A stretch of 11,188 nt of DNA from Amoeboradix gromovi X-113 (lineage: Eukaryota > Fungi > Sanchytriomycota): NCBI GenBank assembly GCA_018985225.1, contig JADGIF010000314.1:1-11188 (forward strand), read 5' to 3'. Both the position numbers and the translations under genes were made by a program. This document shows positions 1 to 8,719 of the stretch, in pieces. The stretch's first letter is position 1. Every line of letters starts with the position of its first letter. The notes beneath the pieces were generated by a model. It saw only the letters and a list, made by a program, of their open reading frames with translations. It was not told where the DNA came from and did not search any database.

Positions 1-125
1 TAACACAGCTACTCTGAAAAGTAGACTGAAGTGAAATGGCCTGACCAATTATCAATTCGCTTGCAAGACCAATCAAAAGAGTTAAATTAAATATTATGAT
101 GGAGCACCAGTTTCATTGAAAATCC

Positions 126-857
126 ATGGACTCTTCATCAGAGTTAAAAATTTCACGAATCAAGGAAGCCATCAGCATATTTGTTGAATCTCTTGTCAAG
201 GTAGATACATCCATAACTGCAGAACAGCAGCTCAATCTATCTGGGAGTATATATCATCTGGTTGCTAATTCGCAGATATTCTTGGATTTAGAAAGAAATA
301 TTAAAGATATTTGTAGAACTATGGATGGAGAATTCACTAGAGAGTTGGTAACTGTTAAAAAACAATTAGATAACATTGAAAATCAATTAGATAACATTGA
401 AAAGACAAACTACGAGATGAGTGCTAAAATGGACAAGTTGCTTGGAGCAAACCAAGGATTACAAGCGCCTCACTTTATTCATGATTTGTACAACCCGTTG
501 CTGGGATACTGCAAGAATAGTTTCTCGACTTCTAAAGACTGGAGAAAAAATGTTGTCAAGTTAGCTCGCGGAGAAGACATATCAAGCAAAGAAGATTTAA
601 CGAATGTCGAGTTTGTAAGTACCAAGTTGAATTGTGCTAGATCATTAGCTGCGTGCGTTATTCTGCAGAACCAGAAGAGGAACGGCGAGGTTCATCAAAA
701 GCCATATGCCAAGAAAGATTTCAGCGAGGCGTTAAGGAGTGCTGGTTTCTCTTCCATCGATGATATCCCTTTCGAGCTGGTTGATATTATAACAGCGTTC
801 GAAGCTCAATTCAACAATTTAAAAAGGGATCCATCTTTGGCTGAATTTTTAAAATAA
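126..857 (+). CDS. Hypothetical 243-aa protein: central coiled coil and helical C-terminal domain with an R-N-x3-H (HEPN-like) motif
   Basis: Long ATG..TAA ORF in AT-rich DNA. Heptad-patterned segment (ELVTVKKQLDNIENQLDNIEKTNYEMSAKMDKLL) and QKRNGEVH motif. The stop lies inside AATAAA (853-858), as in neighbouring genes. Confidence 0.75.
   Translation: MDSSSELKISRIKEAISIFVESLVKVDTSITAEQQLNLSGSIYHLVANSQIFLDLERNIKDICRTMDGEFTRELVTVKKQLDNIENQLDNIEKTNYEMSAKMDKLLGANQGLQAPHFIHDLYNPLLGYCKNSFSTSKDWRKNVVKLARGEDISSKEDLTNVEFVSTKLNCARSLAACVILQNQKRNGEVHQKPYAKKDFSEALRSAGFSSIDDIPFELVDIITAFEAQFNNLKRDPSLAEFLK
363..404 (+). repeat. Tandem 21-nt duplication encoding one extra heptad (QLDNIEN/QLDNIEK)
   Basis: CAATTAGATAACATTGAAAA is identical at 363-382 and 384-403, in frame. 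Confidence 0.95.
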
Positions 858-1252
858 ACATTTGCTGTGCAAGCCCTTGGTCTTTTATCTTTCAATGGGA
901 CTGTTTTTGAAAAGTTTTTAGTAGTAAACGTATCATTTTATACAAATTTTACATGTGGGGCATTAGAACCAGTTTCTAGAGAGTATTGCTCCTTCAACTT
1001 AAATTAGATGGATACCTTTCACTTCCTAGCACTCTTCGTCTAGTCTCTACGGAGCGTGTTCTATATTTCAAAGCCAGTCTAGTTTTGTACAGTATTTTAT
1101 ATTGGCAGTACGTAACAGTGGGATTCAGTATCTATCAGCTGTTTAGTTTAGAATGTTGAGCAATTAAAGATTCGCGCTATGAAACAGCTTGCTTTTCTTT
1201 TACACAATATTCTCATAAAAATAAGATGAATGAACTTTACCTCTTTATTTAT

Positions 1253-1537
1253 TTATTGTTCTTCTTTCTCGTCGCTGAATTCTTTTGCACTTTTTAACAT
1301 TTCTTGGGCCAGATTGTGTGCCTCATCCAAGTGCTCTGCAAGTTCAGCTTGTCCTTCTGGAATTTTTCCTTTTTTTTCGAATTTGCCTTCCCTATACTCC
1401 TCATCTACTTTATGTAACAAACCTTGAACTTTCGCAATTTCACTTGCGGTATAAACCTGTCCCTGCATCTCTTTTAACGCATGTATTGCCTTCTCTACCC
1501 GATGCTCTAATGGTTGTAATTCCGCTGCGATTGTCAT
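1253..1537 (-). CDS. Small (94 aa) DUF2408-like (yeast YPL260W/Cub1-type repeat) helical protein
   Basis: From the ATG at 1537 it reads MTIAAELQPLEHRVEKAIHALKEM...EIAKVQGLLHKVDEEYREGKFEKKGKIPEGQAELAEHLDEAHNL. This resembles the DUF2408 repeat pattern L.P....L...L..ID..R.DG.F...G.IP.GQA.L..LL as I recall it. The upstream 56 codons of the track ORF look non-coding. The stop is embedded in AATAAA. Confidence 0.7.
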   Translation of the reverse strand: MTIAAELQPLEHRVEKAIHALKEMQGQVYTASEIAKVQGLLHKVDEEYREGKFEKKGKIPEGQAELAEHLDEAHNLAQEMLKSAKEFSDEKEEQ

Positions 1538-1815
1538 AACTAGAAAGTTTTGGCAAGTATTTATAGCGGTTTTAGAGATTTTAGATGCACGTGCATCGGC
1601 AATCACACTGCAAGTCTTAGAGCAAGTGCAGAATCGGCATACTGATTGACCAAATAGTAGAGATGAAATTTTTATCAAATTTACATATTTCGTTTCGATA
1701 AACATAAGTTTGACATTCTTTTGGGTTGATCAAACATTTTCTATGCGACATGAAGTTGTATCAGTACATAATGGTATCTAATATATCAAAAATGACAAAA
1801 TAAGGAGCGCCCCTC

Positions 1816-2694
1816 ATGACTGTTGTGTCCCAAAAAGACTCCACTACCAGTTCTACTGCTCGGGTATTTGGATCAGCTACCGCGGGAATAGCCGAAATAT
1901 TTCTTTTCCATCCTATCGATACAATTGCAAAAAGATTAATGACTAACAAGGTTGCTATACCTCTAAATCAAATTGTTTTTAGGGATAAGTATCAAGCACC
2001 GTTAATTCAGAGATACAAGTCTTTGTTTCCAGGGTTAGGTTTTGCAGCTTCATACAAGATCTTGCAAAGAATATACAAGTTTGGAGGACAGCCTATCGCC
2101 AGAGAAAATTTGATTCCATATGAGCAGTACTTTAAAGACGCGTTTGGTAGAAGACACAAAGTATGGATGGATGCTACTGCTGGTTCTTTAATAGGAATAG
2201 GTGAAATCGTATTGTTGCCGCTTGATATCCTAAAGATCAAATCTCAGACAAATCCAGACTCTCTAAAAGGAAAGCAACTAATCAATTTGTTTACAAACAA
2301 CCTCAGAGATTTGTATAGAGGAGCTGGCTGGACAGCAATGAGAAATGCACCTGGAAGCTTCGCTCTGTTCGGTGGGAACTCCTTAGCAAAGGATTTTATG
2401 GACATAAAACATAGACCGACATTACTGCAAACTTTTATCTCATCCACAGTAGGAAGTGTTACATCTATTATGGTATCTGCACCATTAGACGTTATTAAAA
2501 CTAGGATTCAGAATCGACCTTTTAACTCTCCAGAAGGCGGTTTCACAATTTTGAAAAACCTAATCCAAAATGAAGGTGTGCTAGCTCTTTTCAAAGGACT
2601 TGTACCTAAGATTACAGTTGTTGGGCCTAAATTAATCTTTTCATTTACAGTGGCCCAAAAAATGATTGAATTTTTTCATGAAAAACTTGACTAA
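1816..2694 (+). CDS. GGC1: Mitochondrial GTP/GDP carrier (SLC25 family; Ggc1/Yhm1 orthologue), intronless
   Basis: Three carrier signatures (HPIDTIAKR, LPLDILKIK, APLDVIKTR). Ggc1-specific segments ARVFGSATAGIAEI, LFPGLGFAASYKILQRIYKFGGQP, AGSLIGIGEIVLLPLD and RNAPGSFALFGGN closely match yeast Ggc1p. Confidence 0.95.
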   Translation: MTVVSQKDSTTSSTARVFGSATAGIAEIFLFHPIDTIAKRLMTNKVAIPLNQIVFRDKYQAPLIQRYKSLFPGLGFAASYKILQRIYKFGGQPIARENLIPYEQYFKDAFGRRHKVWMDATAGSLIGIGEIVLLPLDILKIKSQTNPDSLKGKQLINLFTNNLRDLYRGAGWTAMRNAPGSFALFGGNSLAKDFMDIKHRPTLLQTFISSTVGSVTSIMVSAPLDVIKTRIQNRPFNSPEGGFTILKNLIQNEGVLALFKGLVPKITVVGPKLIFSFTVAQKMIEFFHEKLD

Positions 2695-2710
2695 ATAAAT
2701 TTTGTTTATT
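2694..2710. terminator. Back-to-back AATAAA polyadenylation-signal candidates of two convergent genes
   Basis: AATAAA on + at 2694-2699 overlaps the GGC1 stop. TTTATT at 2705-2710 overlaps the stop of the minus-strand gene. Only 14 nt separate the two stops. Confidence 0.6.
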
Positions 2711-3086
2711 AAATTTGCGACTTCCCGTAAATTTGCACTGAAAGCTGTTCAGCAATACTTGGTCTCGTCTTGGCAAAGCTAAGAACCAGATGGTTAATTT
2801 TTGAACTAGTCATCTCTGAACTACCTTTTAGCTTCTTTAATGCAGATATAGCCGAATCAGGATCGTAATCCCCATACTCGACAAACTTTTTATAGCTTCC
2901 ATTTAATGCTAGTGTGTATAAGATTCCAGAATATTCCAAAGAGCACTGATAATTGTTAATCGAGCTTATGTGACGCCTCATATTTAATGAGTCTTGGCCT
3001 AGATCCGTCGACATCTTAATATAGGCAGTCTGGCAGGCTGAAGTAGAAGCGCTGACAAGAGCTAGAGTAAGCAGGAAACTAGTCAT
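2709..3086 (-). CDS. Small putatively secreted protein (125 aa), unknown function
   Basis: AAAATG start context, a signal-peptide-like N-terminus (MTSFLLTLALVSA|S), two Cys, and a stop overlapping AATAAA. Confidence 0.7.
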   Translation of the reverse strand: MTSFLLTLALVSASTSACQTAYIKMSTDLGQDSLNMRRHISSINNYQCSLEYSGILYTLALNGSYKKFVEYGDYDPDSAISALKKLKGSSEMTSSKINHLVLSFAKTRPSIAEQLSVQIYGKSQI

Positions 3087-3532
3087 TTTATGTATTAGGA
3101 GAAGCTTTTAATTAAATGTCTATTTCCGGTCACAACAGATATTAATTCCTCTCTGCTCCAAATTCTTGATTTTCTCGTAAACTGGGACTTTTAGCCAGTG
3201 CATTGTTATCCGCATCAGATCTTGAGCATAATGTTGAAAAATCCTAAATCGTTGATCATGTTTTTGTTAGGTATTGCTAGACACGATTTCCTGAGTCATA
3301 TCTCAGTAAATTACTTTATTCCATACATTGCTACATGTTCTCAAGGATATAACATGCGTAAAAGAAATACAAATTGTGGATATGCTAGTATAACAGTTTT
3401 AAAGTTACATTAGCGCTGTGATAATAATTAAACCCAGTTGATTTAATTAGTCAATGCACTCCCCACAGTAACTGCATTCAAATCATGTTTTTGGCCATTT
3501 GTCTTTATATTTGAAATAATCAGGAGCTTAAT

Positions 3533-5812
3533 ATGTTTCATTTAAAACCAAATGACTTTCAAAAGCTTATAAATTTAGAACAAAATCAATGTAAATTATC
3601 CTCGTTATTTTATCAATATAACACAGCCATCCAAGAATACTCCGATCTTCAAAATCAATTGAAGGTAAAATTAGGATCCATAAATTCTATCATCACAAAT
3701 ATACAGTTGGCTCTAGCAGAACAAGCGCCTCCTAATAAAGACAGGTCTCAGTTTTTCAATTTAATGAAGAATTTTATATCCTTCCATGAGAACGCATTTG
3801 AAATCATGGCCGTTAGTATAGCTGGTAATGTAGTGGATCATGTTTTGCTAGATACTTCAGAAATGACAAATCTTAAGAATGAGCTAGTGGAGAACCTTCA
3901 CAAGAATAACAAGTTTTCAATAGAGTACATTACTAAGCTTCAGTTGAAAGACAAGTCCAACGTTCAATTAGACATGCAGCATCTTAAATTAATGGAACAG
4001 CAGCGTTCCATGCTATATACCTGCTATACAAACTATCTCAATTACTTCAAATCTCAAGATTACAAGGAATTATTTGAACCTTCTATTATGATGCTTTTGT
4101 ATCAGTTGAACTACTTTCAAATGAATTATCACTCTTTAAATGACAGTAGAAATGATTTAACAATGCTATTATCTACTTTGGCTCAAAAGAGCAACATCGA
4201 GGAATCCGTTTTAGTTGAAGCAACAAACAATCAGTCACTGTACAATTTTAACCCTTTGTACAATCCTTTAAAATATGAAAAGGAACCTCGTGGCTATTTG
4301 TATCGCCAATATGCTCGATATAATAGGGTTTATTTTAGCTTGAATTATTATTTTATTGAAAATGGATTTTTAAATGAGGTTGAGATTCCTAAAATAGAGA
4401 AATCATCAATGATGGATAAAATAAATGAGAAAATGAATAAGCAAAAGAGTACTGATGTTACAGCACCTATAATGGATCTTAAATACTGTATGAGCAAGGC
4501 ATATAATCATCCATTTAGTATTTTGATAAAACGAGGTCTAAAACAACCGGAACAGGACGAAATTATACTATTTACTGAAAACGAAGAGTCGTTTAATCAG
4601 TGGATGATATGGATACAGCGCGGTATAGAAAGTGGACTAAACAGAAAAGATAATCCAAATTCCCCTAAAAAGTCAGAAGTTGTTGTATCTCCACTTTCGC
4701 CAGAGGAAAACGAATACCAATCCTCAAAAAAGCTGATAACAAGTATACACGAGACCAAAGGTAACTCTACATGCTGTGATTGTAAAGCAGGAGATGAACA
4801 AAATCCACCTGAGTGGGTAAGTTGCAATTTAGGGATTATATTATGCATAGAGTGTAGTGGAATACATAGAGGACTGGGAACACATGTGAGTAAGATAAGG
4901 TCATTAACACTGGACAGCTGGGACAGTGATTTAGCGTTATTGATGACGAAATTGGGAAATGACTGTTTTAATAAATACTATAGTTCTGGGACTATTTGTG
5001 ATCTTAAGGCTATTAGAGCTGTACGGCATGAACATATAATAGACAAACATGTTAAGAAAATTGGATTAATCCCAATAAAATTGGATGCAACACTTTTTTT
5101 AGCACAATCGCTAAGGGACAACAGATACGATGATGCGCTTCTTGCAATATTACATAATGCAAACATAAATGCAAAAGATCCCGTCACCGGATTGAGCTTA
5201 CTGCATGAGGCGTTGAAAAGTAGAAATACGCTGGCTATTGAATTTATACTTTTATGGAGCAATAACTTTACAATGGTAGATAACAACTACAACACAGTCC
5301 TGCACTACTGCTGTTTTTATAACTACCCAAAATATGCTGGATTGTTGTTAAAGCGCGGTGCTGTAGTGGATGCTCTAAATGGAGATGGAAAAGTATTTTA
5401 TTTATTAACGTAGACACCTCTCGATCTTGCATTAGAAAAAGAACTTGCGGGGATTGTCACAATACTTAGGTTGCATACTTTTGATACTCAAGAGCGTATT
5501 CCTCGTGAATTTGGAGTTTTTGATGCCATGAACAAGTTAAGTAATCCCAAAAAAGGAAGGTCGGTCTCAGCTTCGCCATTGAAGCAAAATAGATCACCTA
5601 TCCCATCTCCATCAAAAGTAACAGCAGAACCAATCGATGAGACTACTAGAACAAATAATAAAACTTCAAGCGCTCAAAGAATATCTAATCCTGAATTTGC
5701 AGTCCCAAATGAATATGCCAGTGATTGGAGCCACAATGAAGACACTCCAAAAAAAGATGTGCTACCACAACAAAACTCATTTGCGAAATTTGATGACAAC
5801 GTGTGGAAATGA
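3533..5812 (+). CDS. BAR-PH-ArfGAP-ankyrin protein (ACAP/centaurin-beta-like); join(3533..5392,5414..5812), 752 aa
   Basis: Helical BAR-like N-terminus and PH domain (RGYLYR...ENEESFNQWMIWIQ). ArfGAP zinc finger CCDC...PEWVSCNLGIILCIECSGIHRGLGTHVSKIRSLTLDSW. Ankyrin repeats (GLSLLHEA, NTVLHYC, and GKTPLDLA after splicing). The track ORFs 3533..5413 and 5471..5812 share one frame. Confidence 0.9.
5393..5413 (+). other. 21-nt spliceosomal intron GTATTTTATTTATTAACGTAG
   Basis: GT..AG boundaries with an in-frame TAG inside. Removal gives NGDGK|TPLDLA, the canonical ankyrin G-x-TPL-x-x-A motif. TTAAC sits next to the acceptor. Confidence 0.88.
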
Positions 5813-5860
5813 TCAATAAATGCAATTTTTGAATTTTTGACATAATTTTAGAAACGCAAG

Positions 5861-7376
5861 ATGAGCGAGTTTTTGGGAATGAAGCTCAAGATAACACTGA
5901 AGAGTGGTAATAAAATTACAGGGCGAGTTAGAGCCATAGACGAAACAAATCAGATTATCACACTGGAAGACGCGCTGATAAACAATCAAAAGGTTGCAAA
6001 ATATCAGCTATTGGGAAACACAGTCAACAGTATAGACATAATAAATGAAGAAGCACCCAAATCAAGCACTGAATCTGTTAGAAAACCTAGAGCTAAGCCA
6101 TTTAAAGTAAAGCAAATAAAACAACGAGAAGAACCTAATGTTGTGCCAGTTTATGAAATACTAAAGGATCCGGCAATTGTGAGTATCGTTGCTGATAATG
6201 ATACAGCGAAACTTACTAAACCTAGCAGGCGATCTACTTCTCGTCATAAATGGGACAGAATCAACCAAGATGCAGATTTTGATTTTGAATCCAACTTGCT
6301 TAAATTTAATAAGGAAGAAACTTTCAGACAATTCAAAGACAATGATTTTACTAAAGAAGAGAACCTTTTGGTTAGTTTTAATCGTCGTAAAATAAAACAC
6401 GATAAGCATGTAATGCCTGATTATAAATTAAGACGAGGCCAGGAGTTTTTAGACGATGAAAGTGAGGACTTTAATGAGAGCGATTTCGATGACAGACCTG
6501 ATGACACCGAAACAGACGAAAAATCTAATAGCCATAAATTCAAGACTAGCGGTGGCGCATTTTTAAGTTCTGTAACTTCCAAGCAACTTTTTCACATAGA
6601 ATCTATGGTTGAGAATGAGTGTCCTGGATATACAGACACTATGATAGAGCAGGGAGGAGCTAACCTTAGCTTGATTTTAATAAATTATCTAGGTGGGCCT
6701 CGTCGTTTTTGTGCTAATAACAGAAACTTGCCACCTTCTCTAGTGATGTTTATAGGGAACAGCAGAACTGGGGCAATAGCGCTTTGCGCTGCTAGACATC
6801 TAGCTAGCAAGGCGGCACAAGTTTTTGTGTTTCTGAATGCAAATGTGCCTATAAAATCGATTGTGCAGCAAAAGAAACTATTTTTGTATTCTATTCAGGA
6901 TGACATGCCATTTCACCCAAACTTCTCATCTTTGATAACCAGCGACTTTAAGGCCTTGCCGAAACCAAGAAATAGAACAGCAGACATTGTAATTGACAGG
7001 TAATTAGCAGTAATGTAGTCTTTTGGACACCAATCAGCAAGATGAAAACATATCTTTAATCCATAACTGCATAGATTACATGTCAGCATACAAATCGCCA
7101 ATATTTAGTATAGATTGTCCCACTGGACTGCACCCAGAAACTGGAAATATTGTGCATCCAGACCACAGGATTGTCCCGAAGTTTACAGTCTGTATGGGTG
7201 TGCCACTATCAGGCTTATTGTCTCCACAAGTCACCGGGGAGCTTTTCTTATGTGATTGCGGAATTCCAAATTTTGTATTTTCACGGGCTGGAATTCAATT
7301 TCCAAGTAAGCCAGATCCGTTTGAGGATAAAAGATTTGTAGCACTAGAGTATCATTATCACGATGGGGATGAATAA
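5861..7376 (+). CDS. EDC3: Enhancer of mRNA decapping 3 (LSm + FDF + YjeF_N); join(5861..6999,7019..7376), 498 aa
   Basis: N-terminal LSm (MSEFLGMKLKITLKSGNKITGRV), FDF motif (DFDFESNLLKFNKEETF), and YjeF_N domain (IGNSRTGAIALCAARHL; DIVIDSLL after splicing; FSIDCPTG; LFLCDCGIP). Confidence 0.93.
7000..7018 (+). other. 19-nt spliceosomal intron GTAATTAGCAGTAATGTAG
   Basis: GT..AG boundaries. Removal joins GAC AG|T CTT TTG GAC, which shifts the frame correctly into ORF 7023..7376 and restores the YjeF_N DIVIDSLL motif. Confidence 0.9.
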
Positions 7377-7486
7377 ATAGATTTTGTAAAACCATGATGC
7401 GATTGGATGTTACTGTGATTTTTTTATGTCGCAATATGGCAGATTCTGATAAGCTTAAAAGTAATGACATGGCTGGTTTGTAAATA

Positions 7487-8719
7487 ATGTTTTTGGCTTT
7501 ATTTTCCGCTTTTGGGTTCTTTAATCAAGGGCTAGTTCGGTATAATTTCAGAAATCGAGATTATTCGTTTGATAGAAGATATAGTGGCAGAGATTCAGTT
7601 GTGGATGTCAAAACTAAATGTGCTGGATTAATGGTCAAACATTTTTATACGGTTCGAGAGAATTGTGAGATTTGCAACTCAAAATGTAATGAAGTTTTGC
7701 AAAAAGTCGCTCAGTTTTTAAATAAAGATCAATGTGGGGATATGTTTCCCGAGATGCAAAAGAACGGACAAAAGATATTAAAGATAAGCTACGCAGGTTA
7801 TCAAGTCAGTTGTTTTAAAAACAGCTTGTGGACCGATGTTGGCTCTATAATTCTTTCTCAGAAACCATTGCTGATAAAGGGACTTGTTGTTGCTGCCTAT
7901 GTTGCAAAAGCAGTCTACTCAAATGTCATAGTGCCGTTTGTAGACGGGTATGGTGGAAAATCTGTTAGTTCTTGGAACCGTAGAGGGTTTTATCCTGATG
8001 AGGCCATGTTCGAAGATGATTGGGAAGACGAGTACGATGAGGAGGATGATGAGGATTATGAGGATGATGAGGATGATGATGATGAGGATGATTATGATGA
8101 GGATGAGGATGAGGATTATGAAGTTCCGAAAAGAGGAAAGTCCGTTTTTAAACCCAAATTGTCTAAGAAACATTCCAAAGAACCGCATAATCAATACAGA
8201 CAATTGAAAAAGCCCAACTTGTTAAGGAAACATTCCAAAGAACCGCATAATCAATACAGACAATCGAAAAAACCCAAAGAGGCAGGTTCAGAGACAGTAG
8301 TGTTTAAGCCTAAAAGCCCCACTCGGATTAGTTTTAAGGAGCTTAACTTGTACGATGACAAGTCTCAAATGACTAGCAATATGTATCAGTCACCGATTGC
8401 AGGCTTGCTTATGTCACAGACAAAGGAGGCTGATAAAATTTACCATGATTACGGCATAACTGGTGATATTTTGGTTCAAGAAGCCAAAACTATAGAAAGG
8501 GAGTCTGAGAAAATCGAAAATGGAAACAAAAGCTCGATTGCGCACAATTTGGATTCTATGGTAACTTTAATAGAGCCTATTTTGAATGGTAAAGTTACCT
8601 ATGTTAATCCGTGGATGCAAGAACAGTTGGGAAACTTGAAAGATGCTGCCGCAGTTATGAAATTATTTTACCCCGAAATTGAACTAGAGAGCTCTCAAGT
8701 AAATCACACAAAACCGTAA
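7487..8719 (+). CDS. Hypothetical 410-aa protein: short hydrophobic N-terminus, Cys-containing domain, poly-D/E tract, duplicated basic 20-mer, helical C-terminus
   Basis: Long ORF with an ATAATG start and N-terminus MFLALFSAFGFF. Six Cys in the first ~110 aa. No family recognised. Confidence 0.75.
   Translation: MFLALFSAFGFFNQGLVRYNFRNRDYSFDRRYSGRDSVVDVKTKCAGLMVKHFYTVRENCEICNSKCNEVLQKVAQFLNKDQCGDMFPEMQKNGQKILKISYAGYQVSCFKNSLWTDVGSIILSQKPLLIKGLVVAAYVAKAVYSNVIVPFVDGYGGKSVSSWNRRGFYPDEAMFEDDWEDEYDEEDDEDYEDDEDDDDEDDYDEDEDEDYEVPKRGKSVFKPKLSKKHSKEPHNQYRQLKKPNLLRKHSKEPHNQYRQSKKPKEAGSETVVFKPKSPTRISFKELNLYDDKSQMTSNMYQSPIAGLLMSQTKEADKIYHDYGITGDILVQEAKTIERESEKIENGNKSSIAHNLDSMVTLIEPILNGKVTYVNPWMQEQLGNLKDAAAVMKLFYPEIELESSQVNHTKP
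8012..8122 (+). repeat. GAT/GAG trinucleotide-type low-complexity tract encoding poly-Asp/Glu with interspersed Tyr
   Basis: Run of GAT/GAG/GAA codons translating as EDDWEDEYDEEDDEDYEDDEDDDDEDDYDEDEDEDYE. Confidence 0.9.
8159..8277 (+). repeat. 60-nt tandem duplication (LSKKHSKEPHNQYRQLKKPN / LLRKHSKEPHNQYRQSKKPK)
   Basis: GAAACATTCCAAAGAACCGCATAATCAATACAGACAAT is identical at 8167-8204 and 8227-8264. Confidence 0.95.

Noticed and set aside
1538-1705. N-terminal 56 codons of the 150-aa track ORF
   Set aside because: The composition is unlike the helical domain, and similarity to the DUF2408 pattern starts at the ATG at 1537. This is probably divergent promoter or UTR sequence.
1802-1807. 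Shine-Dalgarno-like AAGGAG before GGC1 (and AGGAG at 3522-3526 before the ArfGAP gene)
   Set aside because: The genes are eukaryotic, two with spliceosomal introns, and other starts lack the motif. Chance is sufficient.
3198-3413. 71-aa ORF between divergent genes
   Set aside because: GTG start, no motifs and no stop-linked AATAAA. It lies in a probable bidirectional promoter region.
5411-5413. TAG readthrough or TAR=Gln alternative genetic code in the ArfGAP gene
   Set aside because: Readthrough would insert VFYLLTx into the ankyrin GK-TPL motif. TAA ends GGC1 and EDC3 at their expected C-termini, and the EDC3 break needs a frame change. Splicing explains both breaks.
7919-8207. Poly-Ile/Leu (-) and poly-Met/Arg (+) ORFs
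   Set aside because: These are alternative-frame shadows of the GAT/GAG acidic repeat.
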